A stretch of 64,000 nucleotides of DNA from a virus (lineage: Duplodnaviria; Heunggongvirae; Uroviricota; Caudoviricetes). The translations under genes and the position numbers were made by a program. The notes beneath the pieces are model-generated. The model was not told the origin of the DNA. It saw only the letters and a program-made list of their open reading frames with translations, and did no database searches. Every line of letters starts with the position of its first letter. The stretch's first letter is position 1. Where the stretch lies: the IMG/VR virus record IMGVR_UViG_3300004481_001615. One strand, written 5' to 3'. Shown piece after piece: positions 25,600 to 35,091 of the stretch.

Positions 25600-26060
25600 T
25601 TGTACATCACCCAGATATTCAGCCACATAACATGAGCTGGTCTTTAGCGAACCGTCACCTGACGGGGCACCATTCAACCCTGTCGCATACCAAATAGGGA
25701 TTATCCACATCGCCAACCGGCGTAGTCTGAGTAGCCTGTTGCTTAGATGGACCCTCAACGGGTTCCAGACCTGATAGTCACGGCCTCGGGTTTGTTGGGG
25801 ACTTGGTTTTACTATCAGGTGTGGGATTTTCGGCTTCTCGGCCTTATATTCGTCTATTCTGGTAGGGCACTCGTTATATGGTTTCTGTTCTGAGTGATTA
25901 CAACCAGGAGTTATCTCGGATGGGAACGAGGGTTCAAGTAAGTCTTCCGAGTACGTCCTTTCCGGCAGGGTTCGACCCTTTATGAGTAAGCCCTCCAGTC
26001 GGCGTTTGCTATCTAGGACTAGATAGGTCTTGACTTTACTCGTTCCCTGCAATTTCCGTA
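25600..26060. ncRNA. candidate structured non-coding RNA (GC-rich island, unknown family)
   Basis: About 52% GC against about 38% for the flanks. The only long ORF here is track 25597..26052, whose composition does not look protein-like. Paired segments are visible: cctgatagt/actatcagg, gggaacgag/ctcgttccc 120 nt apart, and hairpins ccgtca-cc-tgacgg and ctatctag-ga-ctagatag. Confidence 0.35.
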
Positions 26061-26064
26061 ACTC

Positions 26065-26829
26065 CTAAGTTGTCGCCACGAAATACATCAGAGACATGTC
26101 AGTTGATACTTGGGTCACAAACATTGCTGTTTCTGCAACAGTGATGACAATCTCACCCACAAAGTTTGCTAAGATATCGATTACATATTGCATGTGGAAT
26201 GTATAGTTTTGTTTGTCCTCGGGTGTTATTATCTTTCGTGGTACACGAACTTTTGATGTCTCTAACTGCATATCACGCGTTGCATCGCCATCCATATCCC
26301 ACTTTAAGAGCATTGTCTTATCATTGAGGGACAGGGTAACTCTCTCAGCTTTTGGGGTGCCCATCTTATCGACGGATAGTATGGCTTGGAACTGTGGGTT
26401 ATCTGCAACGGAAGTTGCCAAAAGTCCTACACCGGGAACATCTTTGATGTTCTTACGTTCATCTATACCAAGTGTTTTGATATCTGGGTTCGGAAGGATT
26501 GCGGACCATTTATCGCCACCAACCTCAAACAAGAGTCTGTTATTGGGAAGGTCGAACCCGACCGAACATGTTTCAACATTATTCATTTTTAGGCTTTCTA
26601 GGTTCTTGAGAAAGATAGGTGTGACTTTTATATCGACATCCTCTGCTATCTCATAGGTTTTGAAGTACGTTGGTCGGTATGTTCCAAATGCACCGTATGT
26701 GCCTTTTGTGACTGTTGCTATTACTCCCGAAGGAGTGAAACGGATAAGAGCGCCATCAATCGTGGCGTTCATAAGTGCACGTCTAAATAGTTCTACTAGA
26801 CGTTTCGGTTCTACTGTAACTTTATTCAT
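26065..26829 (-). CDS. PCNA-like sliding clamp (tentative)
   Basis: 254 aa, acidic, beta-rich, the right size for archaeal PCNA. It sits within 3.5 kb of the RFC-like genes that follow the strand switch at 28.9 kb. No diagnostic motif was verified. Confidence 0.35.
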   Translation of the reverse strand: MNKVTVEPKRLVELFRRALMNATIDGALIRFTPSGVIATVTKGTYGAFGTYRPTYFKTYEIAEDVDIKVTPIFLKNLESLKMNNVETCSVGFDLPNNRLLFEVGGDKWSAILPNPDIKTLGIDERKNIKDVPGVGLLATSVADNPQFQAILSVDKMGTPKAERVTLSLNDKTMLLKWDMDGDATRDMQLETSKVRVPRKIITPEDKQNYTFHMQYVIDILANFVGEIVITVAETAMFVTQVSTDMSLMYFVATT

Positions 26830-27944
26830 TTAACTATCTCTCCTTTGTAGAGACGGCTGAACGCATCTACTTTTCCCGGTTCACTGGTAATATCAGCCCT
26901 TTTACCTGTGGGGAACTCAGCATATTTCGATGCTGTCACGTGAGCAAAAAATCTAACCTCACCTGTTTGTTTGTCCTCTGTTGACCAAGTCTCAATCTGG
27001 ATGTCAGTCTGGTCTTCAATGATGTCAATCCAATTTGGTTTCTTGCGTTTCTCTTTTGTGACACCACTGATGATTACTTCTTCAAAGTCGTACTTGGTAC
27101 AGAATATTACACCTTGCTTTACTAGGGTCGAAAGTTTGAGGAAAAGCTGTTTGATATATAGTCGACGGCTCTTCCAGTACTGCCACTCGACTCCCTGCGT
27201 CCAACCCAAATTATTACGGTGACGCATAACATTCTCAGAGATTTTCGTATACTCTTCCAAACCATCTATGATGAACCAATCTGGACGCTCCTCATCGGAA
27301 TATGTTTTAATTTTATCAAGTATTGTGTTAATGTACCGGAACGTTATCTCAGAGGAGATTAAAGTCGCTTCTGGTGAAGAGTAATCCATGTATCTTATAG
27401 CATCGTAGATTGTTACTGCTTTATCTCTGAGGAACATGCTTATCCATGTTGGTACGGTTTTGTGGTCGAACGAGAGTACTGTTTTCTTACCAGGAAATGA
27501 GAGTGCGAGTGTTGTCTTTGAGGAGTTCTTACCACCAAAGATTGTTATGTAACGTAGTACTGACTCACTTTCTGGTGTCAAGTCAAACTCTTTTGGAAAT
27601 TCTGGTAGTGGTGGTGGTGGGATGTCGGTCACTTTCGAACCGAACTGTGACAACCCAGAAGCAGTAAGGGGATTGACCTCTTTTTGTAATGGATTTTCGG
27701 GTGGTGGTGCTAACATATCAGCAAGACTTGTCACTTTTGGCTGTTCGATTGGTTTTGGTTTCTCGATTACTTCTTCTTTTTTGACCTCGGGTAAAATTGG
27801 TGGTTGTGGCTTTTCGGGTTCTGGTGGCGGACTAGCAAAAAGGTCTGTTTCTTGTGGTATTACAGGTTGAGGCTTTACATCCTCTTTTTGAGGTTGTTTC
27901 TCCTCGGGCTTTTTACCACCGAAGAGGGCCTCGATAGATGACAA
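26826..27944 (-). CDS. RecA-superfamily P-loop ATPase with a Pro-rich N-terminal region
   Basis: Walker A IFGGKNSSKTTLALS and Walker B-like WFIIDGLEE. N-terminal PQPVIPQETDLFASPPPEPEKPQPP tract. Confidence 0.4.
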   Translation of the reverse strand: MSSIEALFGGKKPEEKQPQKEDVKPQPVIPQETDLFASPPPEPEKPQPPILPEVKKEEVIEKPKPIEQPKVTSLADMLAPPPENPLQKEVNPLTASGLSQFGSKVTDIPPPPLPEFPKEFDLTPESESVLRYITIFGGKNSSKTTLALSFPGKKTVLSFDHKTVPTWISMFLRDKAVTIYDAIRYMDYSSPEATLISSEITFRYINTILDKIKTYSDEERPDWFIIDGLEEYTKISENVMRHRNNLGWTQGVEWQYWKSRRLYIKQLFLKLSTLVKQGVIFCTKYDFEEVIISGVTKEKRKKPNWIDIIEDQTDIQIETWSTEDKQTGEVRFFAHVTASKYAEFPTGKRADITSEPGKVDAFSRLYKGEIVK

Positions 27945-27947
27945 AGA

Positions 27948-28913
27948 CTAATTCTCCTGTAATCCACCAGATTCAAAGATTGAAAGCACAAGAGCAATAT
28001 TCATTGAAACTGTGTCTTGCTGGGTCTCTGCATCTTTACCCTTATCAATAGGGCCAAAGAAAGCACAGTACGAGCCATCCTCATAGATACAGAACTCGGG
28101 TGGCACCCAACCCAGAATACCTGGATAAACTGTCCTTCCTTGGTTATCGACATAGGGTTGACCTTCGACTGTTGGGTCGGTGATTGTCATCCTTCCTCCC
28201 ATCAGTTCTATACCTTCTGGCAAGCCTTTGTACTTAAAGACGTTTGGTGGTCCTGAAACATAACCAACAATACATCTCCAGTCAGTCGGTATGACAAAAT
28301 TATCTTTACCTCGAGCAGATGGATTTGTGTATGCTTCAGCGACTGTGATTATAGGGACGCTTAATGTGCGTGCAACATCTAAGTAGTTCTGATTGATTGG
28401 TTGCTCTGCACGGAAAACAGTTCTGTCATCAATGATGAGGTCTCCTGTTTCACCGTACCTGCCTAGGGTTGTACTATAAACCATTAATGGAGTCATGTCA
28501 AGTGGCATGTCAGCAAATTTACCGTTACCAGTCATACGACGGATAACCATTTTATCATTTTCTCTGAGTGCCACAAAAGCATTGATGTACGGTCGGCTTT
28601 TACCTTTCGCACATCTTTTACCATGATGACCCAGATATAAGATGCGATAATCTTTAGCGGGTGGTCTTTGGACCAACATTTGATAGACTCTACCGATTGC
28701 AAATTGTTGACGAATCTGTAGAATAGTTTCTGGTGTCGCTCCGGGGAAGTTGCGCAGAGACTGTGTACCACTTGCATCGAACTCTCTATGGTACTCTTTT
28801 AGAACTGCATCACGGGGCATTCCCCAACGACTGACTAATTGACTTATCTTACTCTCGACAAAATCTGGATAGGTCGACGGGTGAGATAGTAGACGAGAAT
28901 CTTGGACACTCAA
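27948..28913 (-). CDS. hypothetical protein (321 aa)
   Basis: Track ORF, first gene of the leftward block. The bidirectional promoter motif lies 32 nt upstream. Confidence 0.4.
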   Translation of the reverse strand: MSVQDSRLLSHPSTYPDFVESKISQLVSRWGMPRDAVLKEYHREFDASGTQSLRNFPGATPETILQIRQQFAIGRVYQMLVQRPPAKDYRILYLGHHGKRCAKGKSRPYINAFVALRENDKMVIRRMTGNGKFADMPLDMTPLMVYSTTLGRYGETGDLIIDDRTVFRAEQPINQNYLDVARTLSVPIITVAEAYTNPSARGKDNFVIPTDWRCIVGYVSGPPNVFKYKGLPEGIELMGGRMTITDPTVEGQPYVDNQGRTVYPGILGWVPPEFCIYEDGSYCAFFGPIDKGKDAETQQDTVSMNIALVLSIFESGGLQEN

Positions 28914-28942
28914 TCTAAGTCAGAGGATAGATATAATGATAA

Positions 28943-28958
28943 CATATATAAATGTTTG
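28943..28958. promoter_or_regulatory. bidirectional promoter at the strand-switch point (CATATATAAATGTTTG)
   Basis: Nearly symmetric aacat-ATATAAA-atgtt. About 26-32 nt from both the minus-strand ATG at 28913 and the plus-strand ATG at 28978. Confidence 0.5.
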
Positions 28959-28977
28959 TCCAATATCTAACATCAAT

Positions 28978-29271
28978 ATGTCCGACACATATACAACTGT
29001 TAAGGTTGAGCCAAATAAGAGGAAACTTACACCGTCTGGGCCATCAACCGTTATAACCATACCACCCGAGTGGTTAAGATTCACTGAGAAGAAACTAGAG
29101 AGAAAACTAGAGGATGTCACTCTCATACTCAACTCTGTTATTATCGTCGTACCGGATGATAAAGAGGTACCGATTTATAAAGAGTTCTTGATTTATTGGG
29201 AAAAATTAAATGGTAGAGAGAAATCCATAGCTCTCAGAGAGATTAAAAAAGTTAAGGGGCGTACAAAGTGA
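28978..29271 (+). CDS. hypothetical protein (start revised to MSDTYTT)
   Basis: The track ORF starts inside the promoter motif. The internal ATG at 28978 is 26 nt downstream of the TATA. Confidence 0.4.
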   Translation: MSDTYTTVKVEPNKRKLTPSGPSTVITIPPEWLRFTEKKLERKLEDVTLILNSVIIVVPDDKEVPIYKEFLIYWEKLNGREKSIALREIKKVKGRTK

Positions 29272-29272
29272 G

Positions 29273-30226
29273 TTGGTTAAAACCAAGCTCACTGAAAAAT
29301 ACCGACCACACAAATGGGAGGATATGATAGGTCAGGACACCATTGTAAGTAGAGTTAAGGCTATCGTAGACCGTAAAGGACCTTACCCACATTTCTTATT
29401 TTGTGGTCCTCCTGGTTCAGGTAAGACAACACTCGCTATGATATTTGCCTCAGAGACGGGTATGGACCTTCATGAGTATAATGCAAGTGATGACCGTACT
29501 CTAACGTTCGTCAGAGAACAAATCAAAAAGTTGGCTGAGTTTGCTGGTGAACGGGTAATACTCTTAGACGAGGCAGATATGTTGAGGTCCGATGCTCAGA
29601 TGGCACTAAAAAGGATTATGGAAACATCAAATAGTATTTTTGTCCTTTGTGCAAACGACGAATGGAAGATAGATGACGCCATTAAGAGTAGGTGTGCTAT
29701 TTTTAGATTCGAGAGGATACCGGACTCTGAGATTGAGAAAAGAGTTGTCGATATTATTGTCAAAGAAGGATTCGGTATAGTTCAAGACCCAACGGTCGCA
29801 CTAGGATTAAAAAAATTAGTTGAGAATGCTCGGGGAGATTTGAGGACAGCACTTAATGACCTAGAGTCGATTGTTGATGAGCACAACACAATAACCGTCG
29901 ACTCGGTAGCTCTTCCTCTGGGCAAGACAGACCTCCCTATACTAGCATTGACAAAAGCACTCGAAGGTGACTTTGACACAGCTAGACAGATGATTGAAAA
30001 ATCATATATCGAGGGCAAGTATAACCCACGTACAGCATTTAAAGAGATTTACAACTCTATTCCAAAACTCGATGCAGAGTTAGATGTCAAGATTAGGATG
30101 TTCGAAAAACTGGGCGAGGTTGAGAGAGGATTCTTAATGGGCGGAGACCCGATAATACAACTTGTGACGTATTTCGCATTTGTCTGGTTGATTCCTCATG
30201 CATCTAAGTGCCCACATTTAGGGTGA
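29273..30226 (+). CDS. rfcS: replication factor C small subunit (clamp loader AAA+)
   Basis: EKYRP box, Walker A FCGPPGSGKTT, Walker B LLDEAD and the SRC motif KSRCAIF. TTG start. Confidence 0.8.
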   Translation: MVKTKLTEKYRPHKWEDMIGQDTIVSRVKAIVDRKGPYPHFLFCGPPGSGKTTLAMIFASETGMDLHEYNASDDRTLTFVREQIKKLAEFAGERVILLDEADMLRSDAQMALKRIMETSNSIFVLCANDEWKIDDAIKSRCAIFRFERIPDSEIEKRVVDIIVKEGFGIVQDPTVALGLKKLVENARGDLRTALNDLESIVDEHNTITVDSVALPLGKTDLPILALTKALEGDFDTARQMIEKSYIEGKYNPRTAFKEIYNSIPKLDAELDVKIRMFEKLGEVERGFLMGGDPIIQLVTYFAFVWLIPHASKCPHLG

Positions 30227-30232
30227 CTAAAC

Positions 30233-30721
30233 TTGAAGAGAACATTTCGAGTAGGTGACCGGATAGTGGAACAGTCTGCAAAAGAAAAGATAGAACCGTA
30301 CTCAATCCATATTTGTCCTGGTGAAAACCCAGCAATCGGGATATCGAGAGATTTTAAGGATGTCTTAGCTGACATAGGATGTGTTAAGTTTGATGAGAGA
30401 GCAGGCACCTTTTACCATGATGATATCAGAGCAGATATAGCAATCTCAGGTAACACATTGTGCTTGTTCTTTTATAGAAATATGGGTGAAAAGGTTGAAG
30501 GAACAAAACTCCACAACTATCTTGTAACAAATATACCAAGAAACTATAGAGAAGAAATCAACAGACGGTTCCCAACAATGGTGGGTGTTAAGGTAGAAGA
30601 ACACCACCTCTTACCTCCTCGGCAGGCAAGTACTCTTTATCTGGAGTTTGATTTAAATAAGGCAGAAGTTGTTGGGAAGTCGATGCCTGTTGTGGACGAT
30701 AAATTGTTTGGTGATGATTGA
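30233..30721 (+). CDS. hypothetical protein (162 aa)
   Basis: Track ORF inside the plus-strand operon. Confidence 0.4.
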   Translation: MKRTFRVGDRIVEQSAKEKIEPYSIHICPGENPAIGISRDFKDVLADIGCVKFDERAGTFYHDDIRADIAISGNTLCLFFYRNMGEKVEGTKLHNYLVTNIPRNYREEINRRFPTMVGVKVEEHHLLPPRQASTLYLEFDLNKAEVVGKSMPVVDDKLFGDD

Positions 30722-31467
30722 TGAAGAACTTCACACTCGTCCCGTTTACACAGACTCAGATGAATTTGGCTGAAAAGTGCTCATTGAGTTGGTTCTATTA
30801 TAGGAAGAAAGTACCTCGTGTTGTTAGTGATGACAGATATACTTTGGCGGGCAGTATTGTTCATGAAAGTATAAAAGACTACTACAAAGTGATAACAGAT
30901 AACCCACATAGTGGTGTGATATCTGGAACTTTTAAGGAGATTTTAGAGAGGAGATGGGACCCGTACAAAGAGAAGTTGAAAGACCTGTATAATAGAAAAG
31001 AAAAATGTAAGGAAAGTTTCATCAAGTTTGAGGTGGGAAGACTGGGTCGATGGCAGAAATTTAGACCAACACTCATTGAGGATAAGAGAGAAGCAAAACT
31101 TGATGGAATAGATTTTTTTACAATTCTTGACACGTTCTGGAAAGAGGATGGAATTTTGGTTGATTGGAAAACTGGTAATAAAGTTATGATTGACACCAGT
31201 GACTACATCCAAGGGTCGATAGAAAAACTGATTTTGGAAGATAATGGTTTCACGGTTAGGAAAGTGCTTTTCATTATGCTCTCCTCTGGTAAGGTCATTG
31301 AAATGCCCCATAAGCCCAGAGAGTTTATACTTGATAGAGCAAGAGCGATGATTGAAATTTGGAAGGAACAGAGATATGAAAGGAATAAGGAGGGTGGATG
31401 TATGTTCTGCAACTACCAACTCAGGTGTCAACTAGAAGAAAAAGGAATTTGTATGTGGGAGATATAA
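30718..31467 (+). CDS. Cas4-like PD-(D/E)xK nuclease with Fe-S Cys motifs
   Basis: N-terminal AEKCSLSWFYYRK and C-terminal CMFCNYQLRC (CxxCx5C), the same pattern as Cas4/RecB-family nucleases. Confidence 0.5.
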   Translation: MMKNFTLVPFTQTQMNLAEKCSLSWFYYRKKVPRVVSDDRYTLAGSIVHESIKDYYKVITDNPHSGVISGTFKEILERRWDPYKEKLKDLYNRKEKCKESFIKFEVGRLGRWQKFRPTLIEDKREAKLDGIDFFTILDTFWKEDGILVDWKTGNKVMIDTSDYIQGSIEKLILEDNGFTVRKVLFIMLSSGKVIEMPHKPREFILDRARAMIEIWKEQRYERNKEGGCMFCNYQLRCQLEEKGICMWEI

Positions 31468-31469
31468 AA

Positions 31470-32141
31470 ATGGAAAAAGTAGTAGATATTAAGGGTAAGG
31501 ATAGACTTAGACAGGGACTAGATGCAGAACTAGCATGGAAGTGGCTAGCATCACACGCAAGTGACGAATTTGTATTACCAATAATAGAAAAGATGGATAT
31601 ATTGGAGGAAAAATATAAACCACCCAAATTATCATTTGTTTCCTCAACGAATGATATGTTTGACCCAACAGATTGTCTCATTAATCGAAAACCGGCACAA
31701 ATAAAGAGAACAAACCTGGATAATAGACAATCCTATAAAAGTATTGTGTGGGAAATACTTCGAAAGTATAATGATACCACATTTAAGGGTGGTTGGGGGC
31801 AATCGGTTCTCAGAAATAATTTTTACCTACTGAATATATGCTATCGTACAAGTAGTTCAAAGGAACCACATGCTGGGTATCTCTATTATATGTATCACCC
31901 AGAATTCAATAAAATGTTAACTGATATCAATAATACCATAGACTTTACCGTACCCCAAAATAAAACCGATGAAGAGTTACGTGCAATTGGATTGCAAGTG
32001 TTATGGGACCCAAAGGACATGCCAAACCGACAGGTACAATCTGCTTCGGTTACGAAGCACATTTTAAGAGATACTATTCCAAAAGAATCAATGATTAATT
32101 TAACGAGTTTAATATATAATGGAATGACGAAAAAGGGTTGA
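31470..32141 (+). CDS. hypothetical protein (start revised to MEKVVDI)
   Basis: The track ORF overlaps the Cas4-like gene by 70 nt. The internal ATG directly follows its stop. Confidence 0.4.
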   Translation: MEKVVDIKGKDRLRQGLDAELAWKWLASHASDEFVLPIIEKMDILEEKYKPPKLSFVSSTNDMFDPTDCLINRKPAQIKRTNLDNRQSYKSIVWEILRKYNDTTFKGGWGQSVLRNNFYLLNICYRTSSSKEPHAGYLYYMYHPEFNKMLTDINNTIDFTVPQNKTDEELRAIGLQVLWDPKDMPNRQVQSASVTKHILRDTIPKESMINLTSLIYNGMTKKG

Positions 32142-32147
32142 AGAAAT

Positions 32148-32342
32148 ATGGTGAATTGTAAAAGATGTCATAGAGAACTGAGGAACCCACAATCAATTAT
32201 TGATGGGTACGGACCCGTGTGTTATGTTAAAGAGTTTGGTAAGAAAGGACCAATCATAAAGAGGAAGGAACCCGAGGAAGAGTACCCAAATGTAGAGTAT
32301 TTATTTGAGGATGATAAAGATGTTCAAACCAAAAAGTATTAA
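32148..32342 (+). CDS. zinc-ribbon protein (64 aa)
   Basis: CKRCHREL...GPVCY. Confidence 0.4.
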   Translation: MVNCKRCHRELRNPQSIIDGYGPVCYVKEFGKKGPIIKRKEPEEEYPNVEYLFEDDKDVQTKKY

Positions 32343-33171
32343 AGATTTAGTAGGCAACCCTACCGCACATAAAAAGTTAGAGGAAATGATTAAGGATAAA
32401 ACACCTGCTCTTCTGGTTGGACCACCAGGAGTAGGCAAGACAAGTGGTGTTCATGTGATTGCAGAGGAACTTGGGTATGAAGTCGTAGAGGTCAATGCAA
32501 GTGACGAGCGTAGGGTTGGAGACGATGATAAACCAGGAGAACTGAAACGGGTGCTTTGGAGGTCTCAGATGAATGCCGTATTCGGAGAAAAGTATTTGAT
32601 TTTCTTAGATGAAATTGACGGTATGGGTGCGAAGAACGTTGATGGGCCCTCGAGTTGGGATGTTGTCAAGAAGATTTTACTGACAAGCAAATGGCCAGTT
32701 GTGATGGCCTGTAATGAGGAGTATAAGGTCCCCGACTCAATCAAGAAGATGGCAATTAAGATTGAGTTTAGGAGAGCTGATGTAAGAACCGTAGCAAAAC
32801 TCGTTCAGAGGTTTGGAAAGGATGTAGGAATGGAACCAAATATGGATGTAATTGGCGGGGATATCAGAGCTGGACTAATGGCTATATTTGGTGGTGAGGG
32901 TTATTCACCGTCGGGTGACTTCACAGATGTCCAGAGGTTCTTTGTCGAGGGAGGAGATTTTGACCCGGAGAGATATGTTTGGATAATGGATAACATACCC
33001 AACTTCTTTAAGGGATATGATATGTACTTAGCATATAAAGTGCTGGGTCTCGCCTCTTCGGTAAATAAGTCTGCACTAGACATGTTACCGAAGGGAAGAG
33101 CAGGTAGAGTAAAGTATCCGACATTTTGGTTAGCAAGGAGGAAGGTCAATGACGATAGTGGAGACGGGTAG
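32320..33171 (+). CDS. second RFC-like AAA+ clamp-loader subunit (short RFC-large-like)
   Basis: IKDLVGN box, Walker A LVGPPGVGKTS and Walker B FLDEIDGM. About 284 aa, shorter than cellular RFC-L. Confidence 0.6.
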   Translation: MFKPKSIKDLVGNPTAHKKLEEMIKDKTPALLVGPPGVGKTSGVHVIAEELGYEVVEVNASDERRVGDDDKPGELKRVLWRSQMNAVFGEKYLIFLDEIDGMGAKNVDGPSSWDVVKKILLTSKWPVVMACNEEYKVPDSIKKMAIKIEFRRADVRTVAKLVQRFGKDVGMEPNMDVIGGDIRAGLMAIFGGEGYSPSGDFTDVQRFFVEGGDFDPERYVWIMDNIPNFFKGYDMYLAYKVLGLASSVNKSALDMLPKGRAGRVKYPTFWLARRKVNDDSGDG

Positions 33172-34606
33172 AAAAGCAGGGATAACATCTGAGGGATTGG
33201 TAGGAGAACTCGCTAGATTTATGCTAGAGGGAGTACCCACTAACCCAGATTGGTGTGAGAATCTTGCTATTTGTCTAGTTGGTATAGCGTCAGCATGTGG
33301 AAAGGGCGATATTAGAGAGATTAGAAATGCTTTCGGTTCTGTCAGAGGCAATATCTTCACAATTTATATAGGGGCTAGTAGGTTGGGTTTCAAGACAATA
33401 CCCCTAAAAACAGTGGTCAGACCCATGTTAAAGGAACTTACAACACTACATAATAGGGAGATGTGCTTAGAGTATGGGATAACAACACAGGAATTCGATA
33501 GACGGTACGGTGACGCTCAGAGAGCAACAACAAAGGAAAGGAACACAAAAGAATGGAAATTAGAAAAGACCTTCTTGAACAAGATTTCTGGGAATATGGT
33601 AAATTATGAAATGCCAGAAAGTTTCACATCAGAGTACTTGACATCATGGTTGATGACCCACCCGAATGGGATGATTTGTTCAGATGAATTTACAAGCATG
33701 TTTAAGGGAGCGAGTAAGAAGGACTACATGTCGAATGTCATGGAGGTTTTGAGTAGGCTCTATGATGGTGAGATAGAAAAGAAAGGAACTATATCGAGAG
33801 GTATAGAAGATGTGGGTGCAGTTCACGTGTCCTTTGCTTCAGCAACAACACCCTACATAATGACATTGATGGATGATAACTTTTTTTGGCAGGGAACAGG
33901 AAATAGAATATTGTGGATTGTCGATGAATCAATTGAAAAGATTGATGAAAAAGAAGCAGAAAACTTTATATCGTTCTTTTGGCCCCCAGAAACAAGTCAG
34001 GGATGGAAGAATGAGTTTGATAGGTTACTGGGGTTACTGTCAAATATTAGGAACTTACCAGGAGGCCAGATGACGCTATCATTCGGTGCTGGTGCAATGT
34101 TGAACAAGTATAGGATTGAAAAATATAATAAGGCGGTCGCTCTATCAGAGGAAGATATGATGAACCGTGACTCGAGTTTTATCGCAGGACTGGCACAGAA
34201 TGCAATGAAGTTAGCATTGGTTCATGCGATTGGAAGGTTTGCTGTAGACCCAGATGCTATTTTCTTTGGTATGCTCGAGATTGATGAAAGGGACACAGAA
34301 TGGGCGATAAATAAGGTTGAGAGGCACATGCAGTATTATCATAGATTGTGGGAGTTAGCGAGCAGAGTAAGGAAAGGAACGATACCTGATTATAAGACAG
34401 ACCAAGAAAGAGTTATATACACAATTAGGAAGTTAGAAGAAACGGGCAGACAACTGACAGCTAATGTGCTTAGACAGCAGACGGGTTGGATGAAAGATAA
34501 TTGCCAAGAGTTACTGGATACGATGGTTATGAACGGTGATATAAGATTAGTTCAGAAAAACATCATAGGAAAAACGATAAGCTACTACACAACAAAGGGA
34601 GCATGA
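33149..34606 (+). CDS. hypothetical large protein (485 aa)
   Basis: Track ORF and last gene of the plus-strand operon. No recognisable motif. Confidence 0.4.
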   Translation: MTIVETGRKAGITSEGLVGELARFMLEGVPTNPDWCENLAICLVGIASACGKGDIREIRNAFGSVRGNIFTIYIGASRLGFKTIPLKTVVRPMLKELTTLHNREMCLEYGITTQEFDRRYGDAQRATTKERNTKEWKLEKTFLNKISGNMVNYEMPESFTSEYLTSWLMTHPNGMICSDEFTSMFKGASKKDYMSNVMEVLSRLYDGEIEKKGTISRGIEDVGAVHVSFASATTPYIMTLMDDNFFWQGTGNRILWIVDESIEKIDEKEAENFISFFWPPETSQGWKNEFDRLLGLLSNIRNLPGGQMTLSFGAGAMLNKYRIEKYNKAVALSEEDMMNRDSSFIAGLAQNAMKLALVHAIGRFAVDPDAIFFGMLEIDERDTEWAINKVERHMQYYHRLWELASRVRKGTIPDYKTDQERVIYTIRKLEETGRQLTANVLRQQTGWMKDNCQELLDTMVMNGDIRLVQKNIIGKTISYYTTKGA

Positions 34607-34650
34607 AATCAGTAGAAGGCAATACCGTCATGGATTATATCATGTAAATC

Positions 34651-34665
34651 TATTTTATTTTTCTT
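34651..34665 (+). terminator. oligo-T terminator candidate for the plus-strand operon
   Basis: ctattttatttttcttg about 45 nt after the stop at 34606, in a convergent intergenic region. Confidence 0.3.
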
Positions 34666-34781
34666 GATGAATTGTTCAAACTTTCTTTTGGCGAGGGCTC
34701 TGGAATTTGCTTGTATATCTTTTGTATGAATTGTACGTTCGCCAACAACATGATATTCGAAATAATACGTCTTTATTATAA

Positions 34782-35060
34782 CTAATCCCTTCCAAAACCC
34801 ATTATATCATTTCCGGCCCCAGAAGTTTGTTTTGGGCCGTCGCATGGATACTCTGCATCAGTCTTGATTAGTCTCTGACCACGACCCGTTCCCAGACCGA
34901 CACCATGTAATCTGAAGTGTTCTTCACACATATTGGCCCACGGACCATATATGGTCTTACCATCGTATTCTGCTGGTTCTGAACATCCTTCTATCTTGCA
35001 GATATCACATACCGGCAGTTCTTTGACATATACATTCCTTACCATACATCCCATCTCCAT
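34782..35060 (-). CDS. Cys-rich small protein (92 aa)
   Basis: CDICKIEGC...C...H. A TATCAGGTA element precedes the ATG. Confidence 0.4.
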   Translation of the reverse strand: MEMGCMVRNVYVKELPVCDICKIEGCSEPAEYDGKTIYGPWANMCEEHFRLHGVGLGTGRGQRLIKTDAEYPCDGPKQTSGAGNDIMGFGRD

Positions 35061-35091
35061 TACATACCTGATAATAAAATGGTATATAACA

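Noticed and set aside
25745-25814. Complementarity between the island helix strand ACCUGAUAGU and the UAUCAGGUA leader element of four mRNAs (antisense-regulator idea)
   Set aside because: Only 9-10 nt match. A given 9-mer is expected by chance about 0.5 times in 128 kb of two-strand sequence. It is not significant without expression data.
25957-25969. tRNA-like T-arm (agggTTCGAccct) inside the GC-rich island
   Set aside because: The stem is only 4 bp with a 5-nt loop, and no acceptor, D or anticodon arms can be assembled around it. It is not a tRNA gene. No tRNAs were found elsewhere in the window.
25597-26052. Track ORF of 151 aa on the minus strand
   Set aside because: The translation is low-complexity (MQGTSKVKTYLVLDSKRRLEGLLIKGRT...PSGDGSLKTSSCYVAEYLGDVQ) and lacks the Lys/Ile/Tyr-rich composition of genuine proteins here. 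The DNA is a GC-rich island with obvious RNA-like helices. It is treated as a non-coding RNA candidate instead.
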